A DNA stretch of 61,820 nucleotides, the filler included, from Choristocarpus tenellus KU-1152 (taxonomy: Eukaryota > Protista > Phaeophyceae): NCBI GenBank assembly GCA_964200185.2. It is 7 parts of 7 records of this genome, joined end to end, with 100 filler letters (N's around TTAATTAATTAA, not from the genome) between each part and the next. Parts side by side here need not be neighbours in the genome. Positions count along the whole stretch, not along the records: positions 1 to 8,920 come from CAXNAD020004198.1; positions 9,021 to 14,356 come from CAXNAD020011109.1; 5 more parts are not named here. One strand, 5' to 3'. The first letter of the stretch is position 1. Every line of letters starts with the position of its first letter. The notes under the pieces were generated by a model, which searched no databases, was not told the origin of the DNA, and saw only the letters and a program-made list of their open reading frames with translations. Position numbers and translations under genes: made by a program. Shown here piece after piece: positions 1 to 10,461 of the stretch.

Positions 1-244
1 CCCAAACACATGGGAGGGGGGGGCCTTCTGCTGGGTCGCGGTGGTTGAAGGGGGGGGGGGGGGGGGGGGGGTCAGTTGCCAGGAAATCCTTTACATCGCC
101 GGAGATTTCACCACAATAAATATACTTCACTTCAGCAGTTGATCCTGCATGCGTCCGCTTCAAGATCAATGAGGAAAAAGATTGAAGGCCCATTAGGAGT
201 GACAAAGGGTACAATACTATTTGGTCAAGAGGCTCTGTCTCACC

Positions 245-476
245 TGTACTTCTCCAAGAGGCCCTTTGGGTGTTTGGAATCTGCATCAAGAGAAACCTTG
301 GTTCGTTTAACCTTCTTTGATTGTAGATGAGGCTCAACCTCTTCCCGTTTCCAGGATGGATTGCCGTAAGCAAACCCATCAAAGGGGTTGTGATTCTGAG
401 CGTTCAAGTTCAAGTCTTTGGATGACATCCCTACACCGCAGAGGAGTGTTAGAGCAGTCAAAGACACTCGAGTACC
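245..476 (-). CDS. Possible internal exon of a hypothetical gene divergent from RPS11
   Basis: Pyrimidine tract plus CAG acceptor (tttctctccccag) and GTGAGA donor flank an open frame GTRVSLTALTLLCGVGMSSKDLNL...GLLEKYR. No family recognised, and neighbouring exons could not be phased. Confidence 0.3.
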
Positions 477-1390
477 CTGGGGAGAGAAATATATCAAGTT
501 GTGGACTTCGAAAGTGCGTTGAAACTGTAGTGATGACGTCCTCACCATTCACACCTATCTATACCTGCGGTATCGCGGGAAATCTCTACTACACACAAAT
601 CAACATGAACGATAATGTCATTTTTGTACACCGACGCCTCCCAATATGTTTAATATTTGGTGAGTGGTGTGGAAGGGACATCGACAGGGCAACAGGTTTC
701 ACAGTATCGGGCAAGACAGGGCACTGTCAGCCACAAGGTGAGGATGAGCGGGAGGAGTTGCCGAAGGTTCGGTGTCGTTAGACGTGCGAAGTAGTTCGGT
801 TATGTTAGTTGCAAGGCCTTGTTCATCAAGGATTGATTGGTTCAGAGTACTGTTTGTTTTGAACAACCTGGCTATTTGAGTTCTTGGCTATCTTCTGAGC
901 TTGTCTTGTCAGGGTCCGTGACTGAGTAGCTGATGATGATGGGCAGTATATTATGACCTATGGAATCCTCGCTATTGTGATGCCTGAATTCCCTTTGTCT
1001 CCATCCTGGCAGGTACCATGGCCCCCCAGGAGTATAAGGAGGCAGAGCAGGTAAGGGGCAGACCCACGGCTATAAAGAGAAAGCAGGATGTACCATAGTA
1101 GTCGTTTAATCTGTATCATGGGTGATGGCAATGCTGTACTTCTCTCTGTTAGTAGTAAAGTGTAAATGAGTAATAGTGACTCGTGAAAGTGGGGGCTTGG
1201 TGCACGCATCATCGACAGATCCTCTCAATGGCGATTGCATTGTCCCTAAATGCCATACAGGATATCGAACATCGTGTTTATTTGCCTGCTACCTCGAGAC
1301 TGAGATACTTCGTTGGGTCACTTTTCTTCTTTGTGCCCCGTTCGTCTTAAACCACCCTCTGCGTGAGTTTGCGTAGTTGTCGGAAAAAGC

Positions 1391-4300
1391 ATGTCAGTGA
1401 AAGTAATACTGGAGATAAACCTGATGATATCAAATTCTGTCTTCATATGCTCTGAACTTCATCTTTTCGTCCACCCTTCTTGCCTCGGACCGTTTGATTA
1501 CTCGCTTTGTTAACCACAGCACGAGAAGGCGTACCAGAAGCAGGATGCCGTCTTTATTGCCGCGAAGCGCGTGCTGGGCAAAAAGAGCTCTAAGGTTTGT
1601 AACCATGCTTGTCTCTAACCCCATAAAAGGTCTCCAACTTCATCCTCCACTACTGGGTACTGATTTTGATTCTCACATTCTTTGTTGTGTATTGAGCTAC
1701 CAACATGTGATAGATAATGCCGTTGTTGAATCAAACGTTATCACTGCGGTTTGTAATGATAAACAATAAGAGGAACCATGTGGGTCCTTGTTAAGAATTT
1801 TTTTTAGGAGCTTTGTTTTAAAATGGCGAGTCTTCTTTGCTTGTATATTTTAGTCTTGTGTAATATACTAGGTGCGTCCTTCCCTTCCCCCTTACTTCCA
1901 CCCTGACAAAACCTCAATTTACAATATTTCTCGTGGGAAGAGATCCTGGTCTGACCGTGATGAATGAAGTAAATGGACTAGAGTTTCTGACCAGCAGCAG
2001 GTTTTAAGAAACCAAACCTTTTCGTTAGAGTCATACCATAAAAAGATTGAAAGACAATTGTGTGTTGTGGTCGTGAATGTGGAAGAAATTGACCCTCTTG
2101 ACTTAATTTTTTATTCCAGCAGCAAGCAACATGTACAGAAGCTATTCATTTCTTGTATTTCTTGATATTCAATTGTCAATGCTAGAAGTTATTGTACTAA
2201 TGGTCTGACAGTGATGAAGTAAATGGACTAGAGTTTCTGATTAGCAACATGCTACTGACGAGACAACCCTTTGCTGTCTGAGTCATACCAATGAGCAATT
2301 GTATTAAAGTATCAATGCTAGAAAAAGTTATTGTACTCAAGGTGTGACATTGATGAATGAAGTAAATGGACTAGAGTTTCTGATTAGCAACATGCTACTG
2401 ACGAGACACACCCTTGGCTGTCTGAGTCATACCAATGAGCAATCGTATTAAAGTGTCAATACTAGAAGAAGTTATTGTACTCAAGGTGTGACATTGATGA
2501 ATGAAGTAAATGGACTAGAGTTTCTGATTAGCAACATGCTACTGACGAGACAACCCTTGGCTGTCTGAGTCATACCAATGAGCAATCGTATTAAAGTGTC
2601 AATGCTAGAAGAAGTTATTGTACTCAAGGTGTGACATTGATGAATGAAGTAAATGGACTAGAGTTTCTGATTAGCAACATGCTACTGATGAGACACACCC
2701 TTGGCTGTCTGATTCATACCAATCAGTGCTTTTCTAAGGTAGGACTACATATATTTTCAATATATGTAAAGATTGATTTGCTTGTGCTTTCTAATTCTTT
2801 GCAAGGTGATCATAACAAATAGAGTCATTACTGTTGCATCAGGAGGTTGAGGCCTGATCTATCGATAGGAGAAAAGTTGTAGCGCATACTTGAGCTACAC
2901 TAAACCGGCATAAGAATCAAAATGCTCGAAATGGAGTTTAACAGCCTCTGCTCGTAAAACAGGGTATTCAGGGCATGATGCTTCTTTTGCCTTGGTGTGT
3001 TCACTGTGCCCCTATTGTAGTGATCTTACAAAAAAGAGCTCATGAAAGTGAGAGTTTGTTAGAGTGTCAACTTTTTTGAGAAAGATCTGAGGGTGATGTT
3101 AGGTGATCTGGCAATGATGAATAATGTAATTATGTTTCTATGTCTAGCTCAAGATGTTGACTATGGTGAGTAAAGTATTTGACTCTAGAGGTTCTGATTG
3201 AGAGGATGTTTTTTTGGAATAATTTAGTAGTGCCACGGTAGTTTATTTTTATTTTTTTGTAGCTCATGATTTCTCTGTGTTCTATCTGTTTTCAGTGTGC
3301 TCACATAAGGTTCAGGGTAAGTTTGTAAGTGCCTTGACCTGTCTCTTTGTACTTAATGTTGTGGTGCTATGCTCAGGGCTTGCGGTATGTGAAGAACATT
3401 GGCCTTGGTTTCAAGACCCCCAAGTCTGCAAAGGAGGGTACCTACGTTGACAAGAAGTGTCCTTTCACTGGCAATGTGTCCATCCGTGGCCGCATTCTCA
3501 AGGTATGCACTGTGCACTGCTGCAGGAGAGGGCATGACAAAGTTTAAATGATTACAGTTGTTAAAATAGAACATACATATATATATATATCCTTACAGCT
3601 AGATGATGTATAATGTATGACAAGGAACTGTTCCATATTGGGGTTTGTGTTTAGCTGAATCAATCATCCTTGAATTGTGTTTGTTGGTGAGAATACATAC
3701 AACACGCCAGATTGTTCTTGTTGCTGCCTTTGTTGGACATATCACTGTACTGCGTGAAAGCCAATTTATTGTCAATGTTGGCCAGTAAGCAATTCCGGGC
3801 AAGTGAAAGTATTCTCTTGGTATTTTTGTGTTGCCCTGTTGTGGAGGCTTGTCATGTGTCAAGAACAGGCATTTCTTGTGGTGCAACTGTAGATTCGGGT
3901 GTTTTCAACTTCTTTTTTTTTTGTCCTCCATTCCTCTTTGTAAAGGTTTATTTTATGCTGTGGAGATATTTAGGCGTGCATCTCTATAGCTTTGTCCATG
4001 CGTATGATGTCATTAGCAACCCCTGTAAGATCTTGAATAATTTGTTCTGCACCCTCACCTTCTTATTTGATGCCAATTGCGCACCCTCTTGACTTCCAAC
4101 TTAGGGTCTGGTCATCTCCGCAGGCAAGATGCGTAACACGATTGTTATCCGCCGTGACTACCTTCACTTTGTTTCAAAGTATCGTCGGTGAGTTTTTGTA
4201 CCGTAGTAGTGGCATGTAGTGCAGCATTGGTGCTGTTTTTGTTTAGATGGTATAGTGTATACAAGGGAAATTTCTTTGTGCAGCAGAATTGGCGAGAAGT

Positions 4301-5432
4301 TGATTTGAGGTGTGCATCGCACTTTTTTCTGGTTTTGTGTTGTCCGAGAGGCTCATAGTGATGATTGTCAAGTAGGTACTGTGGTTGTGTTGATTTTAGA
4401 GCGTGTTAGAATATTTGATGTGTTGTGCTGGTAGTTGTGGTCATTGGATGGTTTCTGCTTGGGATAATTCATGGTGTTGTAGCATGAGATTGGATTATAG
4501 AAAGGATTAAGATGGAAGTAAATAGTGACTATGATAGAAGTCAGTGAGAGCATGATAAATCAAGATTGCATGTTCAGTGGTTAAAGTTGTGCTATCATAT
4601 CGACCAGCTAATCTGTTGATATGTAGCTGGTGTCAACATCAACAGAGTATTGAAATTTTCCTTCTATTTATCCCATGTAATCAAGGAGAGAATATTGTGC
4701 ATTGTATGATACATCTTTTTAAGGGGCAGTAGTACAATCCGAATGTGCCCATTTCTGAGTTGGATTTTTTGTGTTTCATTGAATGACATGATTCAACGCA
4801 ATAAAAAACATTTGCTGAAGTTGGCGTCCTACCTCTGCTCCTCTGATGTCATGACTGCCTACCTTTCCTTCCTGCTGTCTCTGTGTGCTTCTGGACTACC
4901 TGTGGGCTGTACGTATGTATGGTGCATCAGGTTTGAGAAGCGTCATAAGAACATGACGGTGCACTGCTCTCCCTGCTGGCAGAACGTGAAGGAGGGGGAC
5001 ATTGTTACCATTGGACAGTGCCGACCACTCTCCAAGACTGTCCGGTTCAATGTCCTTGAGCACCAACCTTGTGTCAACACGGTAAGTTGTTTATACCTTC
5101 AAGTTGAGGACAGGAAAATAACTCTTTCTGGTCTTGTTTGTGTGAGATTCCGTGAGTTGTGGCAGAGAGGGGGGAAGGTAAAAATTGAAGACTTGAATGA
5201 TTGTTGGATTTTTTGTTGTTAGATATTGTTGTATCTCACCTATGTTTTTAGTATTTGGTTCCTCTTCTGTGTTGGAGATTGTCTTGAATTGTTTGAAGAC
5301 AGGATCCCTTTGTGCACTTTGTCCTTGCTGTGCTGTTGTTGACCATTCCAAATATCCTCTTTTTGTTCATTTTGTATATTTCCACTCATTGGTCAGGCTA
5401 TTGCGGTCAAGAAGCAGTTCCGGATGTTCTAA
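1391..5432 (+). CDS. RPS11: 40S ribosomal protein S11 (uS17), spliced
   Basis: Exons 1520-1594 ([25 protein letters not shown]), 3377-3502 ([15 protein letters not shown]...[18 protein letters not shown]), 4105-4187 ([28 protein letters not shown]), 4931-5081 ([15 protein letters not shown]...[15 protein letters not shown]) and 5397-5432 ([11 protein letters not shown]). All junctions are GT-AG and in phase. The start exon is uncertain; the candidate is ATG at 1391 with a donor at 1397 or 1403. Confidence 0.97.
1957..2030 (+). ncRNA. Box C/D snoRNA copy 1 (5' half intact, 3' half diverged)
   Basis: Box C GTGATGA at 1957-1963, guide GGACTAGAGT and D' CTGA at 1987-1990. C', the second guide and box D are degenerate. 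Confidence 0.6.
2211..2281 (+). ncRNA. Box C/D snoRNA copy 2 (dual guide, LSU rRNA)
   Basis: C GTGATGA 2211, D' CTGA 2237-2240, internal stem TAGCA-aca-TGCTA, C' TGACGA 2256-2261, D CTGA 2278-2281, terminal TGAC/GTCA stem. One substitution in the D guide (CCCTTTGCTGT). Confidence 0.85.
2350..2425 (+). ncRNA. Box C/D snoRNA copy 3 (dual guide, LSU rRNA)
   Basis: C TGATGA 2351-2356, D' 2380-2383, C' TGACGA, D 2422-2425. Guides GGACTAGAGT (antisense to LSU ACUCUAGUCC) and CCCTTGGCTGT (antisense to LSU ACAGCCAAGGG). Confidence 0.9.
2494..2568 (+). ncRNA. Box C/D snoRNA copy 4 (dual guide, LSU rRNA)
   Basis: C TGATGA 2495-2500, D' 2524-2527, C' TGACGA, D 2565-2568. Both guides intact; terminal stem GTGAC/GTCAT. 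Confidence 0.9.
2637..2712 (+). ncRNA. Box C/D snoRNA copy 5 (dual guide, LSU rRNA)
   Basis: C TGATGA 2638-2643, D' 2667-2670, perfect C' TGATGA 2686-2691, D 2709-2712. Both guides intact. Confidence 0.9.
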
Positions 5433-6567
5433 CGTGTGGAATCACAAGAGGCTGACCAAACAAAGTAAAAGTGATTTGAAGACCTCCCTCCATCCACTAT
5501 GTACGCCCAAGTCAAAGATAGGGCAGGTCGTGTGAAGGTTTTGCAGCAAGGTGGACACTGGCCACTTTGATGCGCCCTGCCTTATCACTTGTTGGATATG
5601 CTGGAAGATTCAGATAACGTAATGTGATGCTGTTGCCCTGTCAAACATGTGTGATGCTAATTTACAGCACAAAGTGTACTGCTTTCATTTGCACCTCCAG
5701 CTCCACAACAAAGATGTCGTCTTTCTGGAAAAGAGGATTTCTTAACTACATGGGACATGCTGGTGATATATGTGTATTTGACCTTTGAGCACACACTACT
5801 CCATATTGCTTGTTGCTCTTCTTTGTTTTTCATTTATGTAATTACAGGAGGCGTGGATGGTATTTTGTAAGTTTCTCCGTGTATCAATGGGAAGTGGTTG
5901 CATGAAGCTACCCAACATGTCTTCTAACCTGCCAGGCAGAGTGCGGCCTATCACATGACAGGTTTATGTTCTCTTGAAATAAAACGGTGCAACTGTTGAT
6001 CGTTGTGAAAATGAGAAATGGCTACACTTTTTGTTTTGGGATAAAAATCAAGTTACTTTGACGTCCGTCCGTCGTCCTGTATCTGCCTTAAAGGGCTGTT
6101 TATTCTTTTCCCGGACGAATTTTTTCATGAGAGAAGAACAGTCCTGATCCCCAATGTCTTATCTGTCTGTGTGCAACCTTAAACTCTTTGTTATTGTAGC
6201 TCCACTGTTACCCCCAAAGAGTTAATCAGACAGCAGTCCGCCAGTCATCATCGAGCTTAGTCAAGAACACACGCTCTCGTCGTGGTCGCAACCCCTCTTT
6301 GATTTTTTGTTCCGCAGTGATTGTCTGGTCCATTCCATCAAGCGTGAGTCCCCCAACTTCATCGTTCGACTTGTGTGTAACTTACGGCCGAAAGTTTGAG
6401 ACCGCACCACGATATTCGGGATGTCCCTCTACAGAGAGGCTTCCGCAGCAATTGTGCAGAGTTCTTCGTGGACAATCTACATTATAGTGAGCTACGTGCG
6501 AAGGTTAAGTTCCGAAAGCCTCGCACAGAATAACTTAAACAGTCACGTTCATTATAGCATCACAGGT

Positions 6568-6868
6568 CTTGATTAATTTCGAGGCGATGTAAGGCGACCT
6601 GATTGACGAGCATATTATCAAATTAAAGTGAGATCATAAGCAATCGATTGGGGCAAAGAAATCTGGTCGAAAAAAAGAAACTTTGATCTGATTTTCAGCG
6701 ATTTTCATTTTCTTGGCAATTCAACCGAGCCCTTCGGAATTTCCTAACACAAAGTAGTTTGCGACCAGATTTCTTTCTGGCAATCGTATGGCATTTTTTG
6801 GTCTCAGTTTTAATTTGATATGCTGGCCACCGATCAGGACGGCTTGCATCACCTCGAAATTAATCAAG
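6568..6868. repeat. Long imperfect inverted repeat (foldback), arms about 105-110 bp
   Basis: cttgattaatttcgaggcgatgtaag... from 6568 is the near reverse complement of ...cttgcatcacctcgaaattaatcaag ending at 6868. Pairing continues inward through tatcaaattaaa/tttaatttgata and aaagaaatctggtcg/cgaccagatttcttt. Confidence 0.85.
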
Positions 6869-8920
6869 GTCGTTCTTATCCTAGAGGCGTCTGCCAACAC
6901 CATACGCTTACATGGTGTTAAAAAGTTTGTGGAACATGTGATAACGGCATTTTCGTAGGATTTGGGAATCTACAAAAAAAGTATGCAATGTGTGTAATTT
7001 TTTTCAATATTGGAGCCTTGTAATTACTTCGATTGATTTAGTGTGCTCGGGAAGTTTCCCGCTTCGATTCATTGGGGATGGTTAGAGAAGGTTGTTTACG
7101 GAATAAGTCCATGTGACAGTTTGGGATGAGGAGGAAGAGTAGAGTAGGCATTCCTCATCATTGGTATGATAGGTTGATTGAAATACTAAATAGTGACATA
7201 ACCCACACAATATTATTACTCCTGTTAAAAACTTTGGTTAAATGGCAGATGAGAGCATAGTAGCTTTATCTATACACATAAATCATACTATCCGTTGATT
7301 CAATACAGTAAAAAGCGAAAATGTACCTGGTCAGTGCTTCCCACCCGCCTATGCCTACAGTTGGTACTTTCTCTATCCAGCGTAAGTTCGAGTGTGTGTG
7401 GATGAGGATAAACCCCGATTCGGGAAGAGTTTTTGTGACTTTGTACTACTGACGTACGAGAGGAGGAAGAACCTCATCGGATTTTGACAAGATTTTTTGG
7501 GGTAGCCTCGTTACTGTTGTATGGAAGGAAGACCCCACAAGAATATTGAAAGTCAGATAATCCTACTTTCAATACTATAGTCTGTCCTACAAACGTTGGA
7601 ACTAATAATATTGCTGAACACAGCAAGGAATTATGTAGTGTGTCCGTTGAACACCCTTCTAAACCCAACTTGAATTTCACAGACTGTCTTTGCAAACGAA
7701 ACAATCATTTAGTTACGACCCTAGCTTCATGCGATGTATATAGATCGATTGTTGTTCATGAAACACTCGGACTATATATTATCCCAAAGTTCAACTTCGT
7801 GATGACCGTTGTGTTACCCCCTACATCCATATATTGCTGATCTGAGTATTGTTGCTGTTGTTGATAGTTGTCTGGCAGCGTTTAATGTCAGTCAGAGGTG
7901 TTGGCATGGATAGAGAACTATTTATCGTAGTCTGGGAAAACCCCTATCCCTGGGTAATGAACAGGATTGGAAGTGTAGAGCGTTATGATGGTGGTATTTA
8001 TCGATAGCAGTACAATACTATGGATGCTTCCCTAGGTCCTCATACTGTGGTGTAGACCTAAGAATGGTTGGAGGCATAGGAGGGGAGAGGTGTAGTGTAA
8101 CTGGTAGTAATAATAGTAAATAGATGATAGAAAAATATCTTTCACACTTACAACAACTGTTACTTTTCCAGGGGTTATTGTTCTGATATTGAATTGGCTT
8201 TACATCGGGTTCTTTCATAAAACATATCCAAAGTGTCCGATGGCACAATAATATATATAAATATGATCAAACAGTTTCTTGCTTTAGTCATAAAATGCCA
8301 CATAGCTTACAGTATCCCTCAAACTTACGGAGTATACACTATGAACAGGTATGTTTGACGAACGGATTACATGTCCCACCCTGAAATATATACTAAATAT
8401 ATTTTTGGCAAAACAATCACCTTTGATTGGATATAACTGGGGTCATTGGAAGCAGTGACTGAGCAAGCTGTGTTCCCTCCCTCACCACCAATGCTTTTGG
8501 CTCAGTTTGATCAACAATACATTTTGTCTTTATTCTTACAGAGCTCTTGTAGCTACTATCCTTGTTGTGTCTATGTTCCAGTTTCAGTGTTTAGATATAT
8601 AGATGAGGAATCGCATCATAGCACAACAGTATCTAGTGCCTCTGTCCACAGATCGGAACAGTGCAATCACAGTGGCACTACTTCTTCCCATCTCATTTAA
8701 ATAAAGTTGGTCGTAATCCAACACTCTGCCTTTACTCAATGCGCATTACCCATACAAAGGTAGATACACCCACCCAGTTTCCTAATAAGCAAAAGGATCC
8801 ACTTGTTCTAGTTGTATTGATGCACAGAAAGACAGGGGGGGGGGGGGGGGGGGAGGGAAAAAAACAGGCAGCCATCATGCAGACATACATGCGGATATAC
8901 ATGCACATCCTACACCACGC

Positions 8921-9020
8921 NNNNNNNNNNNNNNNNNNNNNNNNNNNNNNNNNNNNNNNNNNNNTTAATTAATTAANNNNNNNNNNNNNNNNNNNNNNNN
9001 NNNNNNNNNNNNNNNNNNNN
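8921..9020. other. Artificial contig linker (N44-TTAATTAATTAA-N44)
   Basis: Six-frame stop spacer. Identical linkers at 14357-14456, 19939-20038, 33706-33805, 42458-42557 and 45059-45158. Confidence 0.99.
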
Positions 9021-9230
9021 GGGAAGAGTAAGAAGGGGTGAGAAACGGGCGACGGCTCCCCCCCCCCCCCCAGATACTTTGACCCACATAATAAAATGAA
9101 ATGAAGTGTATTGCACAGGGCAAGGCAAGATGAATTGGAATACAAAAAAGGGTCCAAACGGCCCACCTCTCAATTAGTTTGGGTCTTTGTGTGCAAGTCT
9201 TCCCTAAATTTTTGGAAATACAAATTGTAC

Positions 9231-9492
9231 CTGCCCTGTATATTTTACTGGACAAAGGTAGTAGAGAAATAGAGAAGAAAAAAGAGTCTTGATCAAGGTG
9301 AAGGTACCCAAGAAACCCCATATATTATATGCGCATTTAAAGTAATCCAGTTCCCATTTGGTGGAATGGGAGGAATTCATTATGTGGTTATCATCGATCA
9401 CCATCATTGCTCTACAGGAAAAGGAGGCGAAAAGAAACTCAGTTACCTATCTTCGGTCCATCCAATCCAAAACACCAAGTAGTGTAACACAC
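9231..9492 (-). CDS. Two exons of a hypothetical, probably membrane, protein (partial)
   Basis: Exons 9492-9447 and 9411-9231 splice in phase with GT-AG ends: GVLHYLVFWIGWTEDRAMMVIDDNH...WELDYFKCAYNIWGFLGTFTLIKTLFSSLFLYYLCPVKYTGQ. Confidence 0.45.
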
Positions 9493-10461
9493 CTGCACGC
9501 ATGAAAAGAGATGCAAGAAATAAACAACCGAAAGGAAAAAAATACTACTAACAAAAACAATACATTCAGAAGGAGAGTAGTGGAGCGTGTATGGTTCCGC
9601 CTGATTGTTTAACCTACTTTGGTTGCCAGATTGGGGTGGTGTACGTCACCTATCTAGTCTTCACTTTTCCCCCCAATCAATCAACTATTTTCTTAGTTTA
9701 TTCCCATTCTTGAAAGTCACCACAAACTTCTCAAATAGAAGTTTCGTAGATACGTCCACAACCTTTTCTCGTGGGAATCTGACCTCCTTCGTCCTTCATG
9801 CAACTGTCAACTGATATATGAGGTTGAGAATGCAATGAACACAACAATAGGCGTTCATATGAGTTACAATTTGTTAGTGAACTGATAAGCTAATGTGCTA
9901 TTCTATTAATGTTTATAGAATGACGTTGATAATGAGCAAACAACTCTTTGGCGTTAACCTCTCTTGGCTCTTGAAACTAGGAAACAATTTTTACACTGAA
10001 TTTATAACTACATTTATAGACTAAGAGATGTAGTACTGTAAATGTGATCTAAAAAGCAAAGTAATTCCGCAATATGAAGAGACCCCACCAACTCACCACA
10101 CATTTCAAATCAAAATATTTTGAAATATCTACGTAATAAAATAAAATAGTAAATGACATTTGGAAAATGAGCTGAAAATATTTTTTTTGTTAAGAGGAAG
10201 TCAATTCATTCTTAGTTTAGAAGAGCGGGGAAATGTGTTGGTACTCATAAATGAAAGTTCGTTGATGAGATATTTCTTTGGTAATTGAAAGAGGCTTCAA
10301 GTCTGTCGGTCATATTACATCTCAAGGAAAGGATCATCGGGCTTCTTATTCCCCCCCTCCAAACTCGAGTTCCGAAACTCTGCGGAGTGGGTGATAAGTT
10401 ATGGATCAGCTTTAGGAACTAGTTTTTGATAGTTCGAGATAGAGAGACTGGTGGAGGGAGG

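Larger units (their letters stand above)
2170..2722 (+). repeat. Tandem repeat, unit about 143-144 bp, about 4 units, each carrying one snoRNA
   Basis: Near-identical units with C boxes at 2212, 2351, 2495 and 2638, and a shared spacer gtcataccaatgagcaat.gtattaaagt.tcaat.ctagaa.aagttattgtactcaaggtgtgaca. Confidence 0.95.

Noticed and set aside
1421-1455. TGATGA...CTGA pair in RPS11 intron 1 (and ATGATGT...CTGA at 3603-3658)
   Set aside because: Too short or imperfect boxes, and no convincing rRNA-complementary guide.
1430-1624. 64-aa minus-strand ORF
   Set aside because: Antisense shadow of RPS11 exon 1520-1594.
1950-2722. CRISPR-like repeat-spacer array
   Set aside because: The inter-repeat segments are near-identical rather than unique, the context is a eukaryotic intron with no cas genes, and the snoRNA boxes and rRNA guides explain it.
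9447-9492. Chromodomain-like YLVFWIGW motif
   Set aside because: The next exon lacks the TWEP-type continuation and is hydrophobic.
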